Assembly (NCBI GenBank): GCA_963667665.2
Contig: OY763927.2
Location: 1,312,001-1,376,000, forward strand
Direction: 5' to 3'
Length of the DNA: 64,000 nt
Source: Nitrosopumilus sp.
GTDB lineage: Archaea > Thermoproteota > Nitrososphaeria > Nitrososphaerales > Nitrosopumilaceae
The notes beneath the pieces were generated by a model. The model was not told the origin of the DNA, ran no database searches, and worked only from the letters and a program-made list of their open reading frames with translations. Position numbers and translations under genes: made by a program. The first letter of the stretch is position 1. Every line of letters begins with the position of its first letter. Of the stretch, positions 49,778-57,788 are shown piece by piece.

Positions 49778-49797
49778 GTCTGTTTTTTTCATTAATC

Positions 49798-50031
49798 ATG
49801 AGTCACGAATACTATAGACGAGGTAGAAATTGGTTTACAGCAATTGGGACACTTTTTTCTGTAATGGCTGGAATTGTTCTAATCAGACAATTATTTATCT
49901 GGGGACCAGAATTTGTTGAAGATTTTTTGTTCAATGCAGAAATTACAAATGAAAAAGTTTCATTTGCAATGCTTGCCTTTGGTATTTTTATGATAGGATT
50001 AGGATTTAGAAAACATGAACAAAAGATATGA
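49798..50031 (+). CDS. small two-TM membrane protein
   Basis: Two hydrophobic helices; co-oriented in an operon. Confidence 0.7.
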   Translation: MSHEYYRRGRNWFTAIGTLFSVMAGIVLIRQLFIWGPEFVEDFLFNAEITNEKVSFAMLAFGIFMIGLGFRKHEQKI

Positions 50032-50416
50032 ATTTCTAAAATCACAAAAAGTATTACGACTAGCAACAATTGGTAAAAACAAAACTCCACATATTGCTCC
50101 TGTTTGGTATTTGTATAGTGGAAAAAAGATCTACATAGGGACAAACACCAGAACTGAAAAGGCAAAAAATGTAAAAGCACACAAACGAGCCTCATTTTGT
50201 GTGGATGTAGGAGTAAATGCTCCAAATATTTATGGAGTAATGGGACAAGGAGATGCGAATTTAATTTTAGAAAAAAACAAAGTAAAAACAATTGCAAAAA
50301 AAATTCTTTTACGATACTTCAAGTCACTAGAAAACAAATCTGCAAAAGAACTATTAGATGACACTAACTGTATTATAGAAATAATTCCTGAAAAATTTTC
50401 AGTGTGGAGTTACTAA
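50015..50416 (+). CDS. pyridoxamine 5'-phosphate oxidase-like split-barrel protein
   Basis: LATIGKNKTPHIAPVW, KAKNV. Confidence 0.85.
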   Translation: MNKRYEFLKSQKVLRLATIGKNKTPHIAPVWYLYSGKKIYIGTNTRTEKAKNVKAHKRASFCVDVGVNAPNIYGVMGQGDANLILEKNKVKTIAKKILLRYFKSLENKSAKELLDDTNCIIEIIPEKFSVWSY

Positions 50417-51585
50417 CTAACAAATTCTTCAATTTTGTTCATTGCAGAATCTAATATATCAAGACTAGGAAGATAAACTAGTCTGAAATGTCCGCTACCA
50501 TATTGTTTGCCAAATCCAGAACCATGAACAGTTAGTACACCTTTAGTTTCTAATAATTTTGTAACAAATTCTTTATCTGTACCAAATCTGTTGTCTTCTA
50601 TCTTTGGAAAGGCATAAAATGCACCTTTTGGATTGGGACAAGAAATTCCAGGCATTTCATTGAGACGTTTTATGACCAAGTCTCTATGTTTTTTAATTTC
50701 AGTAACAAAGTGGCTAATGTATTCTTGTGGTCCTCGAAGAGATTCTAAAGCAGCATGTTGTACTGGAAGACTAGTTGCAATACGAACTCTTGCTAGTTTT
50801 GGAAGATGTTCCCTAATTTCTTCAAGTTGTGGTGATTGATTAAATGCAATATATCCAATTCTCCAACCAGACATGAGATGAACTTTAGAAAAACCATTAA
50901 GAATTATTACAGGTGAATCTTTTGCAACTTTGCCTATTCCCACAAATTTTTCATCAAAAATAATTTGATCATAAATTTCATCACATATTATGTATAGATT
51001 ATTTTGATTTGCAATGTCTACTAGTTCTTTTAGTGAGTTTTCATTAAACACCACACCAGTAGGGTTATTGGGGCTAATCAAACAGATAGCAACAGTCTTT
51101 GATGTAATTTTGGATTTAATATCATCAAGGTCTGGTGTAGAATTATTCATATCTACTGCAAACTCTACAGGAATTCCTCCATGTAACCTCACATATGATG
51201 CATATGGCGGATAGTATGGTCCTGGTAAAAGTACCTCATCACCATCTTCTACAATTGATGAAATTACCATATCAAGTCCTTCAGAAACACCATTAGTAAC
51301 TAGAATTTCATCAGCTGAAATTGATAGTCCTTTAGCATTTTCTTTTTTAGCAATCTCTTCTCTTAATTCTAAGAGACCTTCAGATGGAGAGTAATAGTTT
51401 TCTCCATTGTTTATTGCATCAATCATAGCTTTCTTAACATTGTCTGGTGGTTGAAAACCAAACTGTACAGGATCACCAATGTTAAGATAATCAACTTTGA
51501 TTCCTTTTTGTTCCACTTTTCTTGCAGCAAGAACTATATCTCGAATTGCATATTCAACACCAGTTACTTTTTTTGATACCTTCAA
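50413..51585 (-). CDS. class I PLP aminotransferase (alanine aminotransferase-like)
   Basis: YAIRD, LNIGDP, PNNPTG, DEIY, SKVHLMSGWRIG. Start moved to TTG 51585 because the track start overlaps a tRNA. Confidence 0.9.
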   Translation of the reverse strand: MKVSKKVTGVEYAIRDIVLAARKVEQKGIKVDYLNIGDPVQFGFQPPDNVKKAMIDAINNGENYYSPSEGLLELREEIAKKENAKGLSISADEILVTNGVSEGLDMVISSIVEDGDEVLLPGPYYPPYASYVRLHGGIPVEFAVDMNNSTPDLDDIKSKITSKTVAICLISPNNPTGVVFNENSLKELVDIANQNNLYIICDEIYDQIIFDEKFVGIGKVAKDSPVIILNGFSKVHLMSGWRIGYIAFNQSPQLEEIREHLPKLARVRIATSLPVQHAALESLRGPQEYISHFVTEIKKHRDLVIKRLNEMPGISCPNPKGAFYAFPKIEDNRFGTDKEFVTKLLETKGVLTVHGSGFGKQYGSGHFRLVYLPSLDILDSAMNKIEEFVS

Positions 51586-51629
51586 AGTATCTAGACAGAT
51601 ATTTAGGCCCGTTAAAATCTTACTTCTTT

Positions 51630-51704
51630 GGACTCGTTGCACAGTCTGGATAGTGCGAGCGGCTTCGGACCGCTAGGTCGAGGGATCGAAGCCCTCCGAG
51701 CCCT
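51630..51704 (+). tRNA. tRNA-Arg(TCG)
   Basis: AGCGG-CTTCGGA-CCGCT anticodon arm; GAGGG-ATCGAAG-CCCTC T arm; acceptor with one A.C mismatch. Confidence 0.9.
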
Positions 51705-51725
51705 TTAGATTATCTTATTAGGTAA

Positions 51726-52238
51726 ATGATTTACAAAATTATTGATTTGAAGATATCACTGTTCAAAATTGGAATCATACTAAGCGTGATAGGAATTATT
51801 TGGACATCAGGGGTATTTTTAGAAAGTAATAAAATTTCAGAAGGGTTTACTATAGAATCACAACACTCTCATAAAATTCAATTAAATTTTGAAGGGAATG
51901 GAATCGGATATTATAAAATTTTTATGCCTGAATTTCTAAAATACAAAATATTTGTTCAAGTATTAGATGATAATGAAAATATTATTTCAGAAAAAAATAT
52001 AGAAACAAAAATGTCTGTGAGTTATTTTGATTTTGATCAGAGCGGAAAATATACAATAAATGTTGTCAATACATTAGAACATCCAATTGACATACAAATA
52101 GAATTAGGAAATACAGATATGGAAGAAATGATTTATTCAGGAATTATGACTTTTGCAGGAGGAATTATTATCGTCATTTCATCGTTTATCAAATTGAGAA
52201 ATTACAAAATTGAGCATCCTGATGAGAATATTACGTGA
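51726..52238 (+). CDS. membrane protein with extracellular beta domain between two TM helices
   Basis: N- and C-terminal hydrophobic helices; SGKYTINV. Confidence 0.7.
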   Translation: MIYKIIDLKISLFKIGIILSVIGIIWTSGVFLESNKISEGFTIESQHSHKIQLNFEGNGIGYYKIFMPEFLKYKIFVQVLDDNENIISEKNIETKMSVSYFDFDQSGKYTINVVNTLEHPIDIQIELGNTDMEEMIYSGIMTFAGGIIIVISSFIKLRNYKIEHPDENIT

Positions 52239-52795
52239 ATATAGATACATTGTATTGTATGTCCAAAAATTAAAGCAAAATTAAACACAAGCCAAGTTGT
52301 AAAGAAAAGAAAAGAAATTATTGAAAATGGAATTAAAATTTTGAGTTTGGTATGTTCTCTATTTTTTAGTACCAGAAATCCACCAAGTGCTGCTAAAACT
52401 AAACCTAATTCGAGTGGTTGATGTGACCATGAAATCAACCCATCAATACCATACATATCATGAGAAACAGAATCTACAAAACCTGCAATTAGTTGAATTA
52501 CAGCACCAAATACTACAAGTAAAATTCCAGTTTTTAGAATTCCATGTACAGATTTTTTTATTAAAAGAATCATGCTCAAAAGACCAGCAGATGCAACCAA
52601 GGAAACTCCAAAATATACAACCATGTGTTGAATACTCCAAAAATACTCAGGTTCATTCACCAAATGATTAACTGCATCCCAAAATCCTCCAGAAACTGAA
52701 ATAAATGGTCCAAAAACTGCAAGAATAGAAACCAAAGAAACCAGAGTTGTAGGTTTAGCAAGTGTAAAATTTGTAATTCTGTTAATTAGTTTCAT
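52202..52795 (-). CDS. polytopic membrane protein with two D-x3-H-x12-H motifs
   Basis: D40-H44-H57 and D108-H112-H125. Confidence 0.8.
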   Translation of the reverse strand: MKLINRITNFTLAKPTTLVSLVSILAVFGPFISVSGGFWDAVNHLVNEPEYFWSIQHMVVYFGVSLVASAGLLSMILLIKKSVHGILKTGILLVVFGAVIQLIAGFVDSVSHDMYGIDGLISWSHQPLELGLVLAALGGFLVLKNREHTKLKILIPFSIISFLFFTTWLVFNFALIFGHTIQCIYIHVIFSSGCSIL

Positions 52796-52912
52796 TTTGT
52801 TTCTATAATATCACATAGATATAAAATATTGAAAGGTTTTCAATTAGGAAAATTGAATTTTATGGGTAATTTTGTCAATTAACTATATTAGAACACAAAA
52901 GGTAGGAAAATT

Positions 52913-53152
52913 ATGAGTCCTGGAATTGGTCTGATGAAAAGAAGACTAGAAAAGGAAAAAGAAGCAATTGTACTTGCAGTTTCTGGAATTGCAAAAAAAT
53001 ACGATGTAAAACCAGATGATATCAAAACACTAGAAACAAAGTATCATGATGATGCAGGAGATTGGTATGTTGCATTAGGCTGGGATGAAAAAAAAGCCAT
53101 AGTAAAAATGGATTCTGTTCAAGGAACAATAACTGAAATTAAAGAAATTTGA
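52913..53152 (+). CDS. small hypothetical protein
   Basis: 79-aa ATG ORF; TATATTA upstream. Confidence 0.75.
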   Translation: MSPGIGLMKRRLEKEKEAIVLAVSGIAKKYDVKPDDIKTLETKYHDDAGDWYVALGWDEKKAIVKMDSVQGTITEIKEI

Positions 53153-53156
53153 ATGC

Positions 53157-53237
53157 TTATTTGGTAAATTCTATTTCAGTACAAATTTTACATTCTTTCA
53201 AAGTTTCTTGATATATCCATTTGTGGATGTGACTCAT
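53157..53237 (-). CDS. possible 26-aa HxHxW...CxxC microprotein
   Basis: MSHIHKWIYQETLKECKICTEIEFTK*. Confidence 0.35.
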   Translation of the reverse strand: MSHIHKWIYQETLKECKICTEIEFTK

Positions 53238-53345
53238 TTCAATTAATAGACATGATTTTTAGATGTAAATTCCTGCATGATCAAAATGATCATTCAGGTT
53301 AGAAATTAAAGAAATTTAATTATCATGTAATGTTCTAAAAATTAC

Positions 53346-53993
53346 ATGACTAGTGCAATTGTTCTTGGTGGCTCAAGAGGAATAGGAAAAGCAATTTCAG
53401 AATCACTCAAATCTATAGAAATTGATGTTTTTGCAGCTTCTAAAAATGATATTGATACATCAAACTTGAACAGTGTAAAAAAATTTCTAGAAACACACAA
53501 TCAAACAGATATTCTAGTTTTAAACACAGGAGGTCCTGCTCCAAAGCAATTCTCATCTATTACTGAAGAGGATTGGAAACTATATCACAATCAATTATTT
53601 TTGGGATTTTGTACTATTTTACAAAATATCAAAATTAATGATGGTGGATATATCTTTTTGATTAGCTCAAACGTGATCAAAGAGCCAAATCCAAAATTAA
53701 TAATTTCATCTGCATATCGTGCTGCATTTAGTGAAGTTTTCAAAATTTTAAGCAAAGAGTATGCTGGAAAAAATATCAGTTGTATCAATATTGCACCAGG
53801 TCCAATCAATACAGATAGAACTAAAGAATTAGTTGAAAATATTGAAGAATTCAAAAAATCTTTACCCATGAAAAGGTTAGGAGAGCCAAAAGAGATTGGA
53901 AACTTTGTAAAAGCAATTATTGAAAATAAAATAAAATATCTTTCAGGTGTTGTAATTAATTTTGATGGAGCTAATTCAAACTATATTTTTTAA
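53346..53993 (+). CDS. short-chain dehydrogenase/reductase
   Basis: GGSRGIG, NTGGP, NIAPG, RLGEPKE. Confidence 0.9.
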   Translation: MTSAIVLGGSRGIGKAISESLKSIEIDVFAASKNDIDTSNLNSVKKFLETHNQTDILVLNTGGPAPKQFSSITEEDWKLYHNQLFLGFCTILQNIKINDGGYIFLISSNVIKEPNPKLIISSAYRAAFSEVFKILSKEYAGKNISCINIAPGPINTDRTKELVENIEEFKKSLPMKRLGEPKEIGNFVKAIIENKIKYLSGVVINFDGANSNYIF

Positions 53994-53995
53994 AA

Positions 53996-54634
53996 TTATT
54001 TTTTAAATTCAACGTTTGGTGTATCTGGTTGACCTGCAATGGCAATTAATCCACCATCGCGTAGTTGTTGTAGTAATTGCATTACTTCTTTTTCTACTTG
54101 GTTTCTTTGTAGTCCTGTTTGTTTGGCAAACACTTCAACTAGTTCAGTGACTTTGCGTTGGCCGTTGCAAGACTTCCAAAAGTCAACAATTGCTTGGTTT
54201 ACCATAAAGCTTTGTTCATGTTCATTTGCTAATACCATAGAACCATCTTCTTGTTTGACTAGTTTTCCAACTCCTTGAGGTAATGCAGTTTCATAGTTAA
54301 TTGGAGCAGGAGTATTTAGTCCAGCTCCCATATTTTTGATTTTGATTTTAGCTTCTTCAGACATTTTATCCATTGACCATGCAGGTTCCCATACAATGTC
54401 TACTTTGACATTATTTACTCCTGGAACTTTTTTTACATATCTTGTTGCATCTTGGACCAGAGTTTCATGGAGTGGGCAACCTTGTGTGGTCATTGTCATT
54501 TTGATATTAACGTCATTGTTTTCTGTAACATCAATTCCATAGATTAATCCCATTTCTACAATGTTTAATGGAACCTCAGGATCCATGCATTGTTTGAGGG
54601 AATCCTCAATTGCTTGTGCAGAAACTGTACTCAT
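53996..54634 (-). CDS. DUF59/SufT Fe-S assembly domain fused to a PqqD-like winged-helix domain
   Basis: DPE...MGLIY...TTQGCP...WEPAW; C-terminal VNQAIVDFWKSCNGQRKVTELV...LQQLRDGGLI. Confidence 0.85.
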   Translation of the reverse strand: MSTVSAQAIEDSLKQCMDPEVPLNIVEMGLIYGIDVTENNDVNIKMTMTTQGCPLHETLVQDATRYVKKVPGVNNVKVDIVWEPAWSMDKMSEEAKIKIKNMGAGLNTPAPINYETALPQGVGKLVKQEDGSMVLANEHEQSFMVNQAIVDFWKSCNGQRKVTELVEVFAKQTGLQRNQVEKEVMQLLQQLRDGGLIAIAGQPDTPNVEFKK

Positions 54635-54673
54635 ATTGTAAAATGCAGTTTGAAAAACAATAAAAACTTTCTA

Positions 54674-55729
54674 TTAATTAGCTTCAAATAATTTTTTGAT
54701 AGATTCTTCATATGGTGGTTTAGCCACGCCTTTTTCTGTAATAATTCCAGAAATTAATTTAGGAGGAGTAATATCAAATGCCGGATTTATCACATTAATG
54801 CCATCAGGAGCAGTCTTTTTGTCTCCAATTCCTGTAACTTCACTACCTTTTCTCATCTCAATAATTACATCTTCAGCCTTACTTTTCATATCAATTGTGG
54901 ATAATGGTGCTGCCACATAGAATGGAATTCCATGTTGTTTTGCCATGGTTGCTACCTGATAGGTTCCAATTTTATTAAAGACGTGACCTGTTTTTACAAT
55001 TCTATCAGCACCAACTATAACTTTGTCAACAAGACCATTTGCCATACTATATCCGACTGCAGTATCTGGAATCAAACTAACATCAAATCCATCATGCTTT
55101 AGTTCAAATGCAGTTAATCTTGAACCCTGTTGAATGGGTCTAGTTTCAGTTGCAATAACTTTGATGTTTTTTCCACTCTCTCTAGTTGCACGAATTACAC
55201 CTAATGCTGTTCCATATGCAACAGTAGCTAATGCACCTGCATTACAATGAGTCATTATAGTATCATTATCATCAAAAAGAACAGATCCATTTTTTCCCAT
55301 GGTTTTGTTTATTTCAATATCTTCGTCTGCCATTTTTTTAGCTTTTGAAATTACTAATTCTTTAATTTGTTCTACAGTGTCTCCAGACTTTGCAACAGCC
55401 ATAACTTTTTCTAGTCCCCACCCCAAGTTTACTGCAGTAGGTCTAGTTTCAAATAGAATTTTTCTTGCTTTTTCCAAATCTAAAATTAATTCATCTTTAG
55501 TAGTTACCTTACTTTGTAAAACTGCTAATGCCAATCCAAAAGCTCCAGATACACCAATTGCAGGAGCACCTCTCACTACCAAAGTTCTGATAGCATCTGC
55601 CACTTGGTTAAAATCATTATATTCTACAAACACTAATTCGTTAGGTAATTTGGTCTGATCAATCATTACAACTTTGTTATCTTTCCATTCTACTGTTCTA
55701 ATAGATGAATCAATTGTTGTATTATTCAT
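54674..55729 (-). CDS. mtnA: methylthioribose-1-phosphate isomerase
   Basis: VRGAPAIG, RPTAVNL, THCNAG, ETRP, GADRI, NKIGT. Confidence 0.95.
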   Translation of the reverse strand: MNNTTIDSSIRTVEWKDNKVVMIDQTKLPNELVFVEYNDFNQVADAIRTLVVRGAPAIGVSGAFGLALAVLQSKVTTKDELILDLEKARKILFETRPTAVNLGWGLEKVMAVAKSGDTVEQIKELVISKAKKMADEDIEINKTMGKNGSVLFDDNDTIMTHCNAGALATVAYGTALGVIRATRESGKNIKVIATETRPIQQGSRLTAFELKHDGFDVSLIPDTAVGYSMANGLVDKVIVGADRIVKTGHVFNKIGTYQVATMAKQHGIPFYVAAPLSTIDMKSKAEDVIIEMRKGSEVTGIGDKKTAPDGINVINPAFDITPPKLISGIITEKGVAKPPYEESIKKLFEAN

Positions 55730-55817
55730 AAATAATCTCAAAATTAGGCTTTTTAAAAATCAATTGAAGAGACAACTGATAGTCATGAAATATAACCCTA
55801 TTTCATTTTAGTATTTT

Positions 55818-56723
55818 ATGAAAATTCTAGTTACAGGTGGAGCAGGTTTTATTGGAAAATATCTTGTTAGATCTCTTTTGGGAAATAATTACTCGGTTAC
55901 TATATTTGACAATGTTTCTAACTCTACAGAAGATTCTATATCTTCTATTGTTGATATTGGTGCCAAAGTAATAGAAGGTGATATAACAAAACCTCTAGAT
56001 ATACTGAATGCAACAAAAGATCAAGATGTGGTAATTCATTTAGCTGCTAAAATTTCAGTGTCAGAATCAATAAAGAATCCCGCAGAAACATTTCAAGTTA
56101 ATGTAGATGGGACCAGAAATGTACTTGCTGCTTGTGAAAAAAACCATGTAAAAAAATTAATTGTGGCATCATCAGCAGCTGTTTATGGGGAAGGTTCCTC
56201 TAATGTCAAATTAACTGAGGAATCAAAAACAAATCCAATTTCACCTTATGGTGAAAGCAAAATAAAGATGGAGCAAGAGATAAGAGAATTTGAATCAAAA
56301 CATGACATTGATTGTATCATACTAAGGTTTTTCAATATTTACGGTATTGGTCAATCACCAGAATATGCTGGAGTCATAACTAAATTTCTGGAAAAAATTG
56401 CACACAGTAAACCACTTGAAATATTTGGAGATGGTTTACAGACAAGGGATTTCGTTGCAATAGATGATGTAATTAGTTCAATTCACAATGCCATATCATT
56501 TGGAAAAAGTGGAACATACAACATTGCAAGTGGAAAAACTGTTACTATAAAGGAGCTTGCAGAGTTGATGATTTTATTTTCTGGAAAAAAACTAGAGACA
56601 GAATATACTACTGCACAAAAAGGCGATATTAGAAATAGTCAGGCAGATATATCTCTGGCAAAAAAAGAGCTTGGATATTCTCCAAAATTTGAACTAGAAA
56701 GAATTAAAGAATTGTTAGAATAA
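55818..56723 (+). CDS. NAD-dependent nucleotide-sugar epimerase/dehydratase
   Basis: TGGAGFIG, HLAA, YGESK, RFFNIYG, TRDF. Confidence 0.92.
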   Translation: MKILVTGGAGFIGKYLVRSLLGNNYSVTIFDNVSNSTEDSISSIVDIGAKVIEGDITKPLDILNATKDQDVVIHLAAKISVSESIKNPAETFQVNVDGTRNVLAACEKNHVKKLIVASSAAVYGEGSSNVKLTEESKTNPISPYGESKIKMEQEIREFESKHDIDCIILRFFNIYGIGQSPEYAGVITKFLEKIAHSKPLEIFGDGLQTRDFVAIDDVISSIHNAISFGKSGTYNIASGKTVTIKELAELMILFSGKKLETEYTTAQKGDIRNSQADISLAKKELGYSPKFELERIKELLE

Positions 56724-56763
56724 GGTAGACATTTTATTACTGATAATTTTATCTGCTTACATA

Positions 56764-57774
56764 TTGTTTGATCTTTCCATAGTAGAAAAATATGATATTC
56801 AGAAAATGTATGCAGTTTATGATAGATGGCCAAAAATTGCACTAGAAGCATTCGAGTCCAACTTGGATTCTGTAAATTTTGGGGGTATCAATCATATTGT
56901 ATTTGCAGGAATGGGAGGCTCTGGCAGTATAGGTGATATTTTTTCAGCAATTTTATCAAAATCTAAAATTCATGTTTCTGTTGTCAAAGGATACGTTTTA
57001 CCTAGTACAGTTTCTGATAAAACATTAGTAATTGTAACAAGTGTTTCTGGAAATACAGCTGAAACTTTAACAATTTTAGAATCAGCGATAGATTTACCAT
57101 GTAAAATAATTGCATTTTCTTCAGGAGGAAAGATAGAGCAAATTTGTAAGAAGAATTCAATAAAATATTTTAAAATATCAGAAATTCATTCTCCACGAGC
57201 ATCATTAACAAAGTATCTTTACACAATGTTGAATATTCTTATTCAAATCATCCCTATAGAAAAAGATGAAATTTTAAAATCAATTAACATGTTAATTGAA
57301 TTAAAAAACAAGATATCATCAGAAAATTTAACGGAAAGTAATCCTTCTCTAAAATTGAGTTATTGGATTAATGATATTCCATGTATTTATTATCCATGGG
57401 GGTTGCAAGCTGCAGCTATTAGATTTAAAAATTCACTTCAAGAAAATTCAAAAATTCATGTAATTACAGAAGATGTTATAGAAGCATGTCATAATGGGAT
57501 TGTATCATGGGAAACATCTTCAAAAATTCATCCAATATTAATTCGTGGACAAGAAGACAGCCAAAAAACAAAAGAAAGATGGAAAATAATCAAAGAGTAT
57601 TTTACTAAAGGTGAAATTGACTTTAAGGAAATTATTTCTTTAGAAGGAAATATACTGACAAAGATTATTTGTTTGATTTATTTATTGGATTATACATCCA
57701 TCTATTTTGCAATTAAGAATGAGATTGATCCTTCTCCAGTTGAATCAATAGATTTTATAAAAAACCAATTATAG
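56764..57774 (+). CDS. bifunctional phosphoglucose/phosphomannose isomerase-like SIS protein
   Basis: GMGGSG, SVSGNTAET, QENSK, EACHN, DPSPV. Confidence 0.88.
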   Translation: MFDLSIVEKYDIQKMYAVYDRWPKIALEAFESNLDSVNFGGINHIVFAGMGGSGSIGDIFSAILSKSKIHVSVVKGYVLPSTVSDKTLVIVTSVSGNTAETLTILESAIDLPCKIIAFSSGGKIEQICKKNSIKYFKISEIHSPRASLTKYLYTMLNILIQIIPIEKDEILKSINMLIELKNKISSENLTESNPSLKLSYWINDIPCIYYPWGLQAAAIRFKNSLQENSKIHVITEDVIEACHNGIVSWETSSKIHPILIRGQEDSQKTKERWKIIKEYFTKGEIDFKEIISLEGNILTKIICLIYLLDYTSIYFAIKNEIDPSPVESIDFIKNQL

Positions 57775-57788
57775 AAAAAAATTAGAAA

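Noticed and set aside
51586-51642. N-terminal extension of the aminotransferase in the ORF track
   Set aside because: Overlaps tRNA-Arg and its promoter; TTG at 51585 is more plausible.
52202-52795. Canonical amoC
   Set aside because: Lacks the RDxxFTP context of AmoC, has the motif twice, and has no amo neighbours; kept only as AmoC-like.
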